DNA from: Octopus vulgaris
Lineage: Eukaryota
DNA: 64,000 bases
Assembly: GCA_951406725.2 (NCBI GenBank)
Contig: OX597828.1
Span: 31,806,001 to 31,870,000, forward strand
Reading direction: 5' to 3'
The translations under genes were made by a program, and so were the position numbers. A model generated the notes under the pieces. That model did no database searches and had not been told where the DNA came from. It saw only the letters and a list, made by a program, of their open reading frames with translations. This document shows, in pieces, positions 11,921 through 25,202 of this stretch (positions are counted from its first letter, which is position 1; every line of letters begins with the position of its first letter).

Positions 11921-12535
11921 TTTGTGCTGATAGTGGGGCGAGGAGGAGGAGGAGGTGACGGTGAGGAAAATATGATAGCAAATAATAATGAAAATCATTT
12001 CCTTCGTATACAACTCCTGAAAATTCTGAATATTCAATTTATTGCTTTTTTTTTTTGCTTTTTTCCATTTTTTTTCTTTTTTGGTTACTTTATACACTTA
12101 ACGTATCTAAGAATTTCAAGGAGAATCCGGGAGGCGGAGCAGCATTCATATTTTTAACAGCTGCAACTTAACAATAGCTCATTGAAAATTTAGAAAATTC
12201 AGTTTAAGGGATTTTAATGATAGTGCCAATAAACCTAAGATGCTTAATGAATGAGTGGAAAGTAAGGATTCTGAAGGTATGGAAAAAAATGTATATGCCA
12301 CTTATTATCAGGTATGACGATGATTATGCTTTAAATTCTATTGATTCTTTACACGGCATTCAAATCGGTGAGCTTTCACAGAGAAGTACTGTAGTCAGTC
12401 ACCTCTACTCACTTACTCGATTAGAACATATTGAATTGAACTTCAATTCATGACGATCAGCATTTTCGGGCTGTGAACGTCGACATGTGAATTTAGTATA
12501 GTATATAGCCATATGTGCACATTTTACGTTGATAG

Positions 12536-12787
12536 TATTGCGTTGGTGCGTAACTAATGCGGCTTTTTTCAACAAATTTTTATTCAACACAATAAAAATA
12601 TGTAACAAAAACACCTTTAAATGGTTATACTGGAGCAAATTTCCCGTCTACTTCAATTACTGCTTCCCATTTTCTTGGTAGAAGGTCAGACCGTCGTTTA
12701 AAGATGATTTTGTTAAATATTGTTAATGTTTTTGTTGAGTAAAATTTGTTAAAATAAAAGCCGCAATAATTATGCAGCAACCCAATT
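12536..12787 (-). mobile_element. Mariner deletion derivative (MITE-like) with ~85-bp imperfect terminal inverted repeats
   Basis: Left TATTGCGTTGGTGCGTAACTAATGCGGCTTTT..; right end reverse-complements to ATTGGGTTGCTGCATAATTATTGCGGCTTTT..; internal minus strand encodes LPRKWEAVIEVDGKF (mariner transposase C-terminus). Confidence 0.8.
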
Positions 12788-12789
12788 TT

Positions 12790-13007
12790 AATAATGGTTT
12801 AAAATTCTGGTACAAGGCCAGCAGCTTCGCGTAAGTGGGTAAGCCGATTACATTGACTCCAATACTCAACTAGTACTTATTTTATCAACCACGAAATGAT
12901 GAAGGGTAAAGTCGTCCATAGTGGTATCTGAACTCAAGCGTAGTGACGGACAAAACATCGCTGGGCATTTTACCAGACGTGCTAACAGTTCTGTCATCTC
13001 GCCGCCT
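12790..13007 (-). mobile_element. tRNA-derived SINE, diverged copy
   Basis: Reverse complement begins AGGCGGCGAGATGACAGAACTGTTAGCACG and carries a GAGTTCAGATAC box-B-like motif; colinear with the 13039 copy; (ATT) tail. Confidence 0.8.
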
Positions 13008-13038
13008 TAGTTAAAGAGATTATATAAGTAAGACCGAC

Positions 13039-13262
13039 AACGGTGAGCTGGCAGAAACGTTAGCGCGCCGGGCGAAGTGCTTAGCGGTATTTCGTCTGCC
13101 GTTACGTTCTGAGTTCAAATTCCGCTGAGGTCGGCTTTGCTTTCCATCGTTTCGTGCAGAATATAAACGAACCAGCCGAACACTGGAACTGAGGACGATG
13201 TAATCTACTAATCCCACTTCTCAAAATTTCGGGCAATGTTCCTATAGTAGCGAGGATCATTA
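13039..13262 (+). mobile_element. tRNA-derived SINE
   Basis: GGTGAGCTGGCAGAAACGTTAGC head, box B GAGTTCAAATTCC, family body GAGGTCG.CTTTGC; other copies at 12790, 58491, 60532. Confidence 0.85.
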
Positions 13263-13479
13263 TAATAATAGCAACAACAATAAAGCAATAATAAAAAAAA
13301 CAATTTCGGTTGTTTTTACTTTAGACAACTCAATTCGCTGTCTAGTTATTTGCATTTTATCGATTCATCAAGAATGAAGGAAGAGTTCAGATCTGTGAAA
13401 TCTGATTCAGAATGTAATCTTACCTAAAATAGTAAATCGCCTCCAACATTAATTAAAGCTTTGGCTGTTTTCATCCAGC

Positions 13480-14450
13480 AATTTCGTTACATACTTACGT
13501 CACATAATCATGCAAATGTGCTTCAGTCAGAAAACGAGAATATTTTCAAGGCGTTGTATAAAGAAAATAATGTGTCGTTAAGTTCTTTCGCAGCTGTGAT
13601 GAGCCGTCTTTGCAGTGGTACTTTTCTTATTGATATTTTACAATTGTTTTTTTCATCATGTTCCATGTTTGCGTATCCTTTTACCATGCTTGAATTCGCA
13701 TTTCTCTGCCTGCCTTCCTGCGGCCTTTTTAATATTCCCGTAAAATACTTCTACTAATTCTAAAAATAACTTCTTCTGGGAGATATCTTGACATTATTGA
13801 AATTCTTCTCTGATACGATTTAAGTTTGGCATTTATAATGTGTATATTTTATTTTATTTGTGTATATTCTTTGCTAAATAGTGCTTTTTTTTTCTTTTTC
13901 ATATTGAATCCGACTATTCCCATTCTTCCAGGTAAGTGCATGTAATTCTTTCAATTTTATTTTATTCTTTGTAGTAGATTTACTCGGAGTGAATCTGACA
14001 TGAACGTCACCGTTTAGGATTCAACACTCTTTACTTTCAGTATTGCCTCTGTACTCGAACTTCAGGTACACGAATAATATACTGCTGTGAGCACCCTTGC
14101 TTGCAGGCCTGCGTTATATTCATCCATTCTTTCTCTGAATCTTTTCTTTTAGTAAGCAGGTTGTAGGCAGATGTATGTTTATCAATGATATATTCTCTTT
14201 ACGTATTTTCTATGACTTCTGTTATTGTGTCCTCAATATCAACTATGGTTTCTCTATTCAGATGCGTTCATTAATTTGTTTGCTCGAAAATGCTCGGAGG
14301 GCTGAGTGTGTAATTTACTTGAAAGTGTTTTCTTACTCTGAAATTTCACAAAGTGAAATCTGATGTCTTTATAATTTAATTTTATACTTAATGTATGTCT
14401 TTAGACCTTCTTTAATTTCGTGTGATTGGATTCTGTAGTATTCTTCATGT
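13480..14450 (-). mobile_element. Highly degraded RTE-like LINE RT remnant
   Basis: Fragments in RT order on minus strand: EIKEGLK, E..GF...KST, NAKL....EEF, LF..LVE. Confidence 0.35.
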
Positions 14451-15447
14451 GTTCAGAGCACAATAATTATAAATTTTGCTATTATTTTGTTTTACTTTTT
14501 GTTGTTAATGAAGTGTTATTTTTTTGGTTTTTAGTGTCTTAGTTTTCACTTTTTATTATTTTGAAGGCTGTCGTATCTTTTTTGACCACTTGATTTTGTG
14601 TTTAGGTGGCTGTTTAAAAATAAGTGCTTTACTTTCAATTCTGGGAATTTTTCTTTCATTAATCATTAATATCTGGACATTAGTAAGTCTGTTTGCAGTG
14701 ACATTTTCTTCATCTCGTCAATCTTACCGCATCATAAGCATTGGCTTTCAGTATGACATGGGTGTTGGATATTAAGTTGACGCGTTGTGGGGAAACTAAA
14801 AATTTATGACACTGCTTTTAAACAACGTGTTTTCTTTATTTCTTACAGTGGAATTCTAGTTTACGCACCTTTTCATAACCTTTTCCTTTTGGGAATTTTT
14901 GGAAATGTTTGCAAATTTGTGTTGTACAGAGGAGAATTCATGCGATTAAGAAAAAAAAAAGGTTGTGTGAGTTAAGGGAGATTTAGCTGTTTTGCTTAGC
15001 ACCCACCTAATACCTTCTTCGTTTCATTGATACTTTGATATGTATTCATGGTTTTCAATATTTTCTACACATAACCACATCATGGAAAGAGGAGGCCCTT
15101 AATGGTAGTCCATTGCTAGGAATTAATATAAAAAATAAGTCGGACTCTGTACTTTAAACTCTAATTGTAAAAATAATTCGAAAGAGGTCGGAGCTATTAG
15201 GATTTATAGAAGGAGCCATTTAGAAAATGTTTAATAATTTTTTCTTTTATAATCGTATGAACTCATGTGCGGCGAACACAAATTTGGAAGACTTGCCTGG
15301 AAATTCAAAACGTAAGGTATGAGAGTTATGTGGGGTGCTTAAACCAGAATACCACTAAGCAAAAGTATCTCCCAAAGAACGTTATGATGTATCCCTGATG
15401 GGTGCTATTTGCATAAACCAGTTATCTATAGGCACGAGGATACCAAG

Positions 15448-15503
<56 letters not shown>

Positions 15504-16439
15504 AAGTTGATATTTGTATATGCTGCCTATATTATAATAATCATCAATTTTAATTATTTCCTTTCTTCTACTTTTCGCATACACCATTCACGCCGTTGGG
15601 CTCAGTCAATAATACTTTATAATATGAGCTATTTGTCAGTGAACTCATTCAGGTCCTAAAACGTTGTACGTTGGATCGTATACATTTATGGGTGTCAGGA
15701 TGTTAATATTTTAAACAGCGTAAAGTTGCCGGTCTGTGCAATACACTCACAAAAAATGGTGTGTTCATCGTGGAGATTTAACTGTTATTGTAATAAAGAT
15801 ATTGTAATAAAGATATTTAGTGATGACGTGGAATTATTAGCTCCCATTTATCCTTGAAATACTGCACAAACACAGTGTGTGCCCAGACCGTATCAGTTGT
15901 GAAATATATTGATCTGTTCTGGATCAGTATGCTAAATAAATTATTCAAATTTGCCAGAAATCGACTTTTCAGAAATAAAAGCTAATTTCAAAGTTTACTA
16001 GGGCAATGTAGAAATCAAAAAACCTCCTGGTTTGGTGGTAAGGACTAAAACATTGTATTTTGTTTCTTTTGGGATCAGAAGGAAATCCGTTGCATGTGTT
16101 AAGTTCTATGTTTTAAATGGATGTAAAAGAGCGGAAGATCAAGCAAATACCTAAAACATGACAGTTCGTTACACATCAATTTTGTCATTCACGTAAATTT
16201 GATGAATATTTCTCAAATGGACTTAATACTTTTAAACGATTATGTACGAAAAATAGCATACAAGTCTTGTTCAGTTGATTGAATCTACATTCCGTCGCCA
16301 CTTTATCCAATTTTGCAACACGTTTTCATGTTAAATCCAAAAATGTTAGATTGCAAAATATTATATTATTCATGATTTATACAAACTTATGATACATCTG
16401 TGTACTTACGTGGAGAATTTTAATATTTTTGTCATGTCT

Positions 16440-16600
16440 TATTTTGTTGCAACTCTGCTCCTTGTATCCTCTTTCTATGGAATTCGTATGCATCTGTATG
16501 TACACTTGCCGTTTCCACTCTGGAACATATCTTTTCAGTCTTACACAATTCAATCTCTTATCCTCAAGAGCTCGCAAGCTTTTCGACGTCTAGAGTAAGG
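16440..16600 (-). mobile_element. RTE-like LINE C-terminal fragment
   Basis: RALEDKRL...LKRYVPEWKR resembles the RTE 'RM.D.R....L.W.P..KR' motif. Confidence 0.3.
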
Positions 16601-18379
16601 GAAAGGAAACCAACCAGCGGGAAAAGATGATTGAATGCAAAGGCGTCTTGATATGAATATGCGTAACAAATACTTTTCGTACGATTAATGAATGTGCGTG
16701 GGTGTTTCTTTTTGTATGTATGCATGTAGATAGATAGATAGATACAACGAAAGTACCGACGTAAATGATAAGTGGGTTCTGCATGGACCTTGAAATTCTG
16801 TTAGTCTGTCTGTTGAAAATAGATCATTTACGATAAGCTTATGCCTAACGAATACCAACTATGGCTGAAATAGCTGTCTGAGCTTCTTCACTATTGCAAT
16901 GCTTGTGTGACGTCTCTTTGAAATTCCTTGGAAATCTACTTCAATAATTCGAGCTAACATAATTAGTAGGAAATGATTGTAGTCACAATCGACTAATTAG
17001 CAGGAAGTATAAAATATAGTGATAAAAATAAAGGTGATATCAAGATACTTCAATAAAGAAGATATCGACCTTCAAGTAGAGAAAATAGTGAAAGCGTAGA
17101 CAGTAGTGAAGATGACGGTCATGATAGCAATAGTGATGGCGATTGTGACAAAATGATGAAGAACAGGTTTGTATTATTATGAAGAAGAGGATAATCATGA
17201 TTATGATTGACATGAGATAATTATTTCTTTCTAATGACGACAGTGATAATAATCAGGAAGCTATTTCTTGTAAAGTTGTTAATATTTGTAGTGATGATAA
17301 AAATCGAGGATGTTTTATATGTTAATGAAGGTAGAGATTAATGTTTTTGATGACTTGTGAAAGGTAGCGATGATGAAATCAATGATTTGTGATGTAGAAC
17401 AAACAAAAACATTTTTAAAAATTATTAAAAAAAAATTTTTTTTTGACGAAATTTTTATACCATATCCCCGACCGAAAAGCATGAAAACGAATTAGGATTC
17501 GGTAGCATTTGAACAGAGAATGTATTGTAATGAATACATTTAAGTGCTGGAAGATATACCAAATGTCATTTTTTTCAGCTACTAAAGAATCTGACACTTC
17601 TGTGCTTTAATAGCTTTAATAACAATGGTAATTTTAATAACGCGCTTTCTAAGTTTGCAGAAAACATAAAAGAATACATATACGCACACATTGACAAACA
17701 CAATGTCTAACTAAATGTAAAAAATGTATATTCGAACGGAATTATCCGATAAAATACGTAAATAAATGTATAGAAATACAATAACTTGCGCAGAGAAAAC
17801 AAATAAGTGTACCAACCTCCACCCCCACCCACACATATGTATGTATATATAAGTAGGCATACAGGCATGCATATCTGTATGCACATGCGCAAGCTTTAGT
17901 GAGAGAATTGGAAATACAGGAAGAGAATGAGAAAAAGCGATAAAATCACAGCTTTGAGAAGAAGTTAAGAAAAAAACTTCTCAATTGATTGGTAAGTGGA
18001 TTTAAAATAATTAAACAGCAGATGGTAATTCTGTAGCAGAAAACAAATCACTGAATCATCATCATTATTAGAGACGTGTTCATCATGAAAATGAAAATCG
18101 TTGCCGACGTCGTCATCGCCGTCATCAACAACATCATTATTACCATCACTACCATCGTCATAATTGTCGACGATATCACCAACATCATCGTCGTCAATGG
18201 TAGCAACAAGATCTAGCAAATCAACCTCAAAACATAACAAAAATATAATGCAAATTTTTTTAGACCAATTGTACGATGGCAATATGTCTGAATTCAGCAA
18301 AAACAACGGCAGAAATGAAAAACACAATAAACTTTAGGCAGCGTATTTACTGCCGTCCATTTAGAATTTGAAATCAGAA

Positions 18380-18688
18380 GGTGCGTGGCTTTGTGGTTAG
18401 AGAATTCGGCTCACGATCGAGAGTTCTATTCCCGGTGAGGCATTGTGTCCTTGAGCAAGACACTTTATTTCACATTGCTCCCGTCCACACGGCTGGCAAA
18501 AATGAGTAGTATCTGTATTTAAAAATGCCAGCCATCTCACGCTCTGTGTCACGCTGAATCTCTCTCAGAACTACATTAAAGGTACACGTGTCTGTGGTGT
18601 ACTCAGCCACTTGCACGTTAATTTCAGAAGCAAGCTGTTTCATTGAACGTATCAGCTGATACACTCTTCGTTAAATTCAACTCAGGAG
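18380..18688 (+). mobile_element. tRNA-derived SINE with CORE/Meta-like central domain
   Basis: Box A GTGGCTTTGTGG, box B GAGTTCTATTCC, central TGTGTCCTTGAGCAAGACACTT. Confidence 0.85.
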
Positions 18689-18973
18689 AAGTAGGTATTT
18701 CTATAACATTTCGTCTAGCAACACAACAATTTGCAACTAGTACTCTCACCAATTTGTCACTAATACTCTCCACGAACCAGTGCAGGGGGAAAATCTTAGG
18801 TTTGCATAGATGATTGAGTTACATATAAAATCTCATAAAGCTGCTTCTACGTACATACACACAGACTCAAACGCACGCAAGATGCGTACATACATGTAAT
18901 TACGTGGGCGCGCGAGCGCGCGCACACACACACACGCATGTCTATATATTTAGTTATAGATATCGATACATAG

Positions 18974-19023
<50 letters not shown>

Positions 19024-19042
19024 GTGTGTGTGTGTGTGTGTG

Positions 19043-19085
<43 letters not shown>

Positions 19086-19427
19086 GTATAAACGTGGAAA
19101 CACATGTATACATATCCTAACAAGTACTTCCTGCGTCTCTGTACCACTATAATATAATTTTGAAGCGCCTGTACGTAAATGTATACACGCTATAACGTAT
19201 AAATCCACTTCGTTGCCAAAATAGAATATCGAAACTGCGACAGCTGAAATGAGAAAAGACCGGCATTGACAGTTACTGGATTATGAGTTTTACCTTGTAG
19301 GATGAAGCAGCATGCATAGAGAGAAGACATCACCACGTTCGATAAACGGAATGCAGAATTTTATGAATGCAAGCCAAATACACAAACAATTATGACATAC
19401 ATTCATTCATACACACAAACATACGCA

Positions 19428-19429
<2 letters not shown>

Positions 19430-19504
<75 letters not shown>
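19430..19504. repeat. (CA)n microsatellite
   Basis: Directly visible. Confidence 0.95.
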
Positions 19505-19507
<3 letters not shown>

Positions 19508-19804
19508 GGCCCAATGGTTAGGGCAGCGGACTCGCGGTCGGGTGATCGCGGTTTCGAATCCCAGACCGGGCTTTGTGTGCGTTTATTGAGCGAAAACACC
19601 TAAAGTTTCCCGTGGTTCCGGCAGGGGTGGTGGCGATCCCTGTTGTACTCTTTCGCCCCAAATTTCTCTCACTCTTTCTTCCTGTTTCTTGAGTAACGCT
19701 GAGATGGACCGGCGTCCCGTCCAGCTAGGGAGGGGAACACATACGCCATAGAAACCGGGAAAACGGACCCATGAGCCAGGCTATGCTTGAAAAGGGCGCA
19801 TAAA

Positions 19805-19806
<2 letters not shown>
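19505..19806 (+). mobile_element. tRNA-derived SINE (head and body of the 24189 family, different tail)
   Basis: TGGCCCAATGG box A, GGTTTCGAATCC box B; body matches 24189/30651, tail matches 31700 copy. Confidence 0.9.
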
Positions 19807-19859
<53 letters not shown>

Positions 19860-19894
19860 TAATATAAATGTAAGAAAAATAGCTAGTTTACAAT

Positions 19895-20411
19895 CTCACA
19901 AAGAGACCAGTGTATTAACTACAATACACAGTAAAATCAGTCACCACATCAAAGTGGCTGACTAATGTTACTACTGGTTTAACCCCAGGTATATCTTCCG
20001 CCAGCTGGTTTTCGATGTAGCTCTGGACCCTTGATATATATTACATTGTTAACGAAGGGAGCGAACACTTACCACCCTTTAGCAGTATCAGTATCACGAG
20101 ACTGACTCAGTATCCTGCTATTTGTCCTATCCTCGGACGCGTGAACGATAGTCAGAGTCCGCTGACTCTGGCAATATATTGTGAACAATGTGATCATCGG
20201 TTACTGATTTGCAACAAACAAAGTAGATAAGTGTAAAATTTCACGAAGAGACCAGAGTAGTAACGTATACTAAAGAGTAAAGCTAGTCACCTTATCAAAG
20301 TGGCAGTTGAATGTTACCACTAGTTTAACCACAAGCAATTTCTCTGTTGCATGGTATTTCCGTGAGGCTTTACTGCTATCTGTTTTGCTTGTTGCAAATC
20401 AGTGACCGATG
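19895..20411. repeat. Two diverged direct repeats (~19895-20010, ~20241-20365), the second enclosed by 35-bp inverted repeats
   Basis: AAGAGACCAG...AGTCACC..ATCAAAGTGGC...AATGTTAC.ACT.GTTTAACC occurs twice; 20195-20229 matches the reverse complement of 20377-20411 at 31/35. Confidence 0.75.
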
Positions 20412-20438
20412 GCCACTATGCTTACAGTAGGATATGTA

Positions 20439-20471
<33 letters not shown>

Positions 20472-20619
20472 GCATATGTATTTATATATATGCATGTATG
20501 TACATCTGAATACACACACAGACACACACACAGACACACAGACACACACACAGACACATATATATTTGTCTATAAGTCAGAAAGAAATAACACTCTAAAA
20601 GAAGACAGTTTCAGCAGTT

Positions 20620-21720
20620 ATATTTTATAAAGTTGTGTAGTCTATCGTTAGTTGTGGCATATAACGTTCAGGAAGTTTACATTGTTACTTGGAAATACAG
20701 CCGACTCATCAGACATGCTGTCGGGAAGCGCATACCTTATTATGCGAAAGAAAAAAATTAACTCTTCATCGTGTTCAATTTTGTTCGAAATGGGGCAATT
20801 TGTGTACGTTTTGCACGGTTCACCAGTCTGCTAAGCAGATGAAAGGCTGCCTCCTGCCATCCAAATACTGTTTAAGGACTTCCTTGGATAAATACATATT
20901 TGACCCAGCGCCTTCTTTTATAATGAGAAACTGACAGAAGGCGGAGTTAACGGCCGCATAATTTATATTCCTCAAACGTGCGTGGGTTGTGTCTTATTAT
21001 ATTACTAGACATGCTCTTCACACTGCTTCACAGTTAGATATTTTTCAACAGACATGTTTGAAGGGCCTCTTTAACTGTCTTACTAGCGTAGAAAGGTATT
21101 AGTGCAGCCGCAAAGGCACACCGAGCCAGGACGATACGGAAAGCTTAACGGTAAGAGCGCAGTAGATTGTATATGTAATATTAAGACCGTAGTCTACACC
21201 GAAGAGTTGGAGTCCAGCCGTGGCAGCAACATCGTCTTCATCAACAACAGCTCAGCAGTGTGAACGAAAGAATAGAAACCCGGAAAAATTCGGAGTAGTG
21301 GGGCGCCCACTTGTCCGTCTTTGGGATCTCATATACGTGGAACGTTACGATATTAGTCAGTTGGCCGACGAAAATTATCCTAGTGTGTTTATGAAAACAA
21401 CATGTGAAATTATTAGCTAATGCACTAATGAGAGATAATTCAGTTTGAAAATGTTGTCTTCCCTGTTTACCGTCAAGGGAAAGACGGTAAACAAACAACC
21501 CCTACACAAATTGACACAATGTGTACAGTTGGAAACGTCCAAGAAGAGGTAAATCTCTTTCTCTCAGTTTCAGCTATTTCGCACGACCGAATAGACAGGA
21601 ACTCTATTTTACCCACATTGCGAAGGAGGTTACCTGATTCCGACCAGCCATATGCAATAGCAGGTTTGGTACCAATGACAACTGTCTGAACAGTTGTATA
21701 ACTAACCAAGAATATACTAT
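20620..21720 (+). mobile_element. Possible very old L1/Tx1-like LINE remnant
   Basis: GC-richer block; weak motifs resembling QGCPL and a degenerate C-terminal zinc-knuckle region. Confidence 0.25.
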
Positions 21721-24188
21721 ACGACTACATAATATATGTTTATGTATGTATGTATTTATGTATGCATGCCTGTGTAAACATATATAGATAATTTTTAAAA
21801 TCTATATCGCGTATACTGGAATTAATGATTTAAGCCAACTTATAACAATGTAAACGCCATGTGTGTATAAAAGCACGGTAAAAAAAACTTGCGAAAATTT
21901 TCAGCAGATTTACATTCACAGTTCCTCAAGGAATCAATTTGAATTTGCATAACGCTTTACAGCTCAGATACACCTGAATTCATATCATTACGTAAAGGCG
22001 TTTTGCTGTTTGAAGGATATTTTGTATTTGTACGAAAAGTATTTGGAATTCTCAAAAAGAGGATGAAATAACAAACCTTACGCAATGGCAACTTGCATGA
22101 TTTTTTAAAACCCTAATTAAACCCTCCAAGTGCCGATAATGTATTCCCTTTCCCGAAGCAGATTAACTTAATTCTTTTCCCAATATAATAATATGTTCTT
22201 GCAGGCTGTGTTTTATATACATCTAGTCACGAGCGCATGCACACCTTGTCTCATATCTACGCAGATACATGTAGACATATATGTATCTATATATGTATAT
22301 ATAAACACACACACACACACACGCACACATACGCACACACATATACACACACACAAATACGCTCACACATAAATGCATAGTTGTGTATAAATGTTCTTGT
22401 GTGTGCATGTGCGAAAGTGCGCATATGCATGTGCGTCTGTGTGCGTGTAAGAAAACCATATTCCCTTTTCATTTTTGTTCAGGCATTGTCCATAATTTAG
22501 TAACGTCAGAAAGAGCACTACACTTGATATCTGCAGCAGTAGCAGGAGTAGCAGTAAGAGGAGTAGCAGTAGTAGCAGCAGCTGGTGGTGCAGCTGCATC
22601 AAATTCTAATTTACACACTAAACAATTCAAGTAAACATCAAAGCTGAGATTACATAAAATTAATGTCAATTTTTTCACAAGGAAAAACAAGACAGTGAGA
22701 ATGTTAATGCTTTTTTTTTTCACAACTTCTGTTCATTTAACTCGTAGTTTTGAATTAGCTTTTTTGATGTATGTTTTTAATTCTCGCATTAGTTCTTGTT
22801 GTTGTTCGTGTTGATCGCTCTCTAACATTTTATAAAAATTTTGTCTCTATTTGTTATATTTTTTTGTTCTTCTTTGGTGTTCGATTTGTTTTAAAATCTT
22901 GTTCCTCTACTACATCATTCATCTCTCCCGAATTCTTTCCAATCGTTGTTTTTCTTTTACACTATTTATATGACCACTATAAAAATATATAAATCGTAAT
23001 TACACAGCCATCTAAATGTGTTTTTCTACTCCCCACTCTTCAGAGAATCTAATAAGTTTGTGATTATAATGTAATTACTTCCGCATTATTCTAACACACA
23101 AAATAATCGCTTCGTTTATATTCATTTGAATTTATAGTTCGCTGTCTATATATAGTTCCTATATTGATAACATTTGATGTAAAGTAGAATTTGTAGATAT
23201 ATGTAGAATTTACATGATGGATTTTGTTTTTATATTGGTGGTTAGCCACATATATTCCCCGATCATGTCTCCTTATGAATGGAAGTATTGCAGCAGACGT
23301 TGCTTCTACCAAGCATATATTATTTTAACCTCTACAATCAACTGTCCTCTCTCGTTTTATTAAGACGTTAGTGCGTGATGTAATGGAATTTTGGCTGCTA
23401 CATTGCGCAGATTCAGTAAAATATATATTATAATTGTGTGTTCTTTTTCAGTCGTTAATTTTCTTGTTTAACACAGAATATGCTTAACATTTAAAGGATT
23501 TCAGAACTGACAATCCGGTGTATTTATATGTAGGTGTAGTTCTAATTCTTAATATAAGTACATATCACCTAAACTTGGATTCTGCGATTTTTCTGTTGCC
23601 AGCACGCCCACGCAGTTGCAGAGTATAATTCAAAATTTCTATCTATGCTATCCATTTCATTCCCCCTAACATTATTCATTATGCATGAACATATTTTTGC
23701 GAAAGAAATTTAAACTTAAGGACAACATCTGCTATTACTGACTCGCTGATTTAGCATTACATTTTACGAAAGAAAGTACTATATGCTATATAACTTTTCA
23801 TAGGGACTTCCTTAATAATATACATTAATGTTCCAGAGTGCATGAAGCTTGCTACATATCATAACACTCATCTCCACATACGCACACACAATTATATTCA
23901 GACTGTGTAACTCATATACGCATGTGCACATACAAGTGTATGTTCAGGTATGTACAACGCGTCAATCTCACACAAAAAACACACGAATACTTAAATGAGT
24001 AAGAGTGTGAATAATACATATGGGTCCTGTGTGAATAATTCTATGCTGTAGGTATAACATCGTAGTGTAAATGTTTGTGTATATATCTCTGCGTGCACGA
24101 TATGCTGAAAGGAAGACCCTCACATAAAGAATCCCATGAATGTTGTACATATGCCTGCATATCATTAAACAATTGTACTTAGAGGATA

Positions 24189-24490
24189 TGGAGGCGCAAT
24201 GGCCCAGTGGTAAGGGCAGCGGACTCGCGGTCGTAGGATCGCGGTTTCGATTCCCAGACCGGGCGTTGTGAGTGTTTATTGAGCGAAAACACCTAAAGCT
24301 CCTCGAGGCTCCGCCAGGGGTGGTGGCGACCCCTGCTGTACTCTTTCCCCACAATTTTCTCTCACTCTTTCTTCTGTTGGCCTGCTCGCTTAGTCAGCAG
24401 GGTGGCGTCATTTGAAGGCTAAAATAATGCGAAGCACATTGTGACCAGCGCTGTGTAGTAACATCTGACAGCCTGATCGGTCATGGTGAT
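24189..24490 (+). mobile_element. Full-length tRNA-derived SINE with 10-bp target-site duplication
   Basis: GGAGGCGCAATGGCCCAGTGG head, GGTTTCGATTCC box B; TTAGAGGATA at 24179-24188 and 24491-24500. Confidence 0.93.
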
Positions 24491-24574
24491 TTAGAGGATA
24501 CACTTCAGTTCTTTTTGTTCAATTTTATTGATAAACGCAGTAGTATAGTCTAGTTCACATTTATAGTTTATTTT

Positions 24575-24774
24575 TTTATCAATTCCCTGTTTCAGTCATT
24601 GCAGGCATTTTAGTCGAACGAATCTACCCCAGTATTTTATAAAACCTGGCGTTTATTCTATCGTATACTTTTGCCGAACTGCTAACTTAAGTGCACGTAC
24701 GCAATTCAACACCATTTTGAAAAGGTGCGGCGGACAAACAGCAACACAGACACAGACACACATATATACACAAT

Positions 24775-24805
<31 letters not shown>

Positions 24806-24806
24806 T

Positions 24807-24874
<68 letters not shown>

Positions 24875-24875
24875 T

Positions 24876-24923
<48 letters not shown>

Positions 24924-25103
24924 ATATATATATGTATACAAAAAGTGTTCACTCAATTTCCGTCTACCAAATCAACATACAAAGTTTTGGTCGGATCGAT
25001 GCTCTTGTACAAGACACTTGCTGAATGTACCCCGCAGAGGGACTGAACCCAGAACCATATGGTTAGGAAGCAAACTACATACCACACACCCATGTCTGCA
25101 CCT
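24575..25103 (-). mobile_element. Degraded microsatellite-containing SINE (33676 family)
   Basis: Colinear with 33676-34090 including head (GGGACTGAACCC..AACCAT on + strand) and an expanded internal (AT)/(AC) tract. Confidence 0.8.
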
Positions 25104-25202
25104 GTGCATGTATATACGCACACGCACGCGCACACACACATACATATACATACATGTATACATACATACACACACACATATCTATATATACACACATATA
25201 TA

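Noticed and set aside
11731-12157. Poly-Asp, poly-His and poly-Met ORFs
   Set aside because: Readings of a (GAT)n microsatellite
17040-18330. Acidic low-complexity ORF-like stretches (e.g. 17965-18327 minus)
   Set aside because: Degenerate GAT/CAT trinucleotide repeats with frequent stops nearby and no splice or homology support
24189-24265. tRNA gene (also at 19505, 30651, 18380, 34090)
   Set aside because: Box A/B are present but continue into SINE bodies, with no proper cloverleaf acceptor stem or terminator
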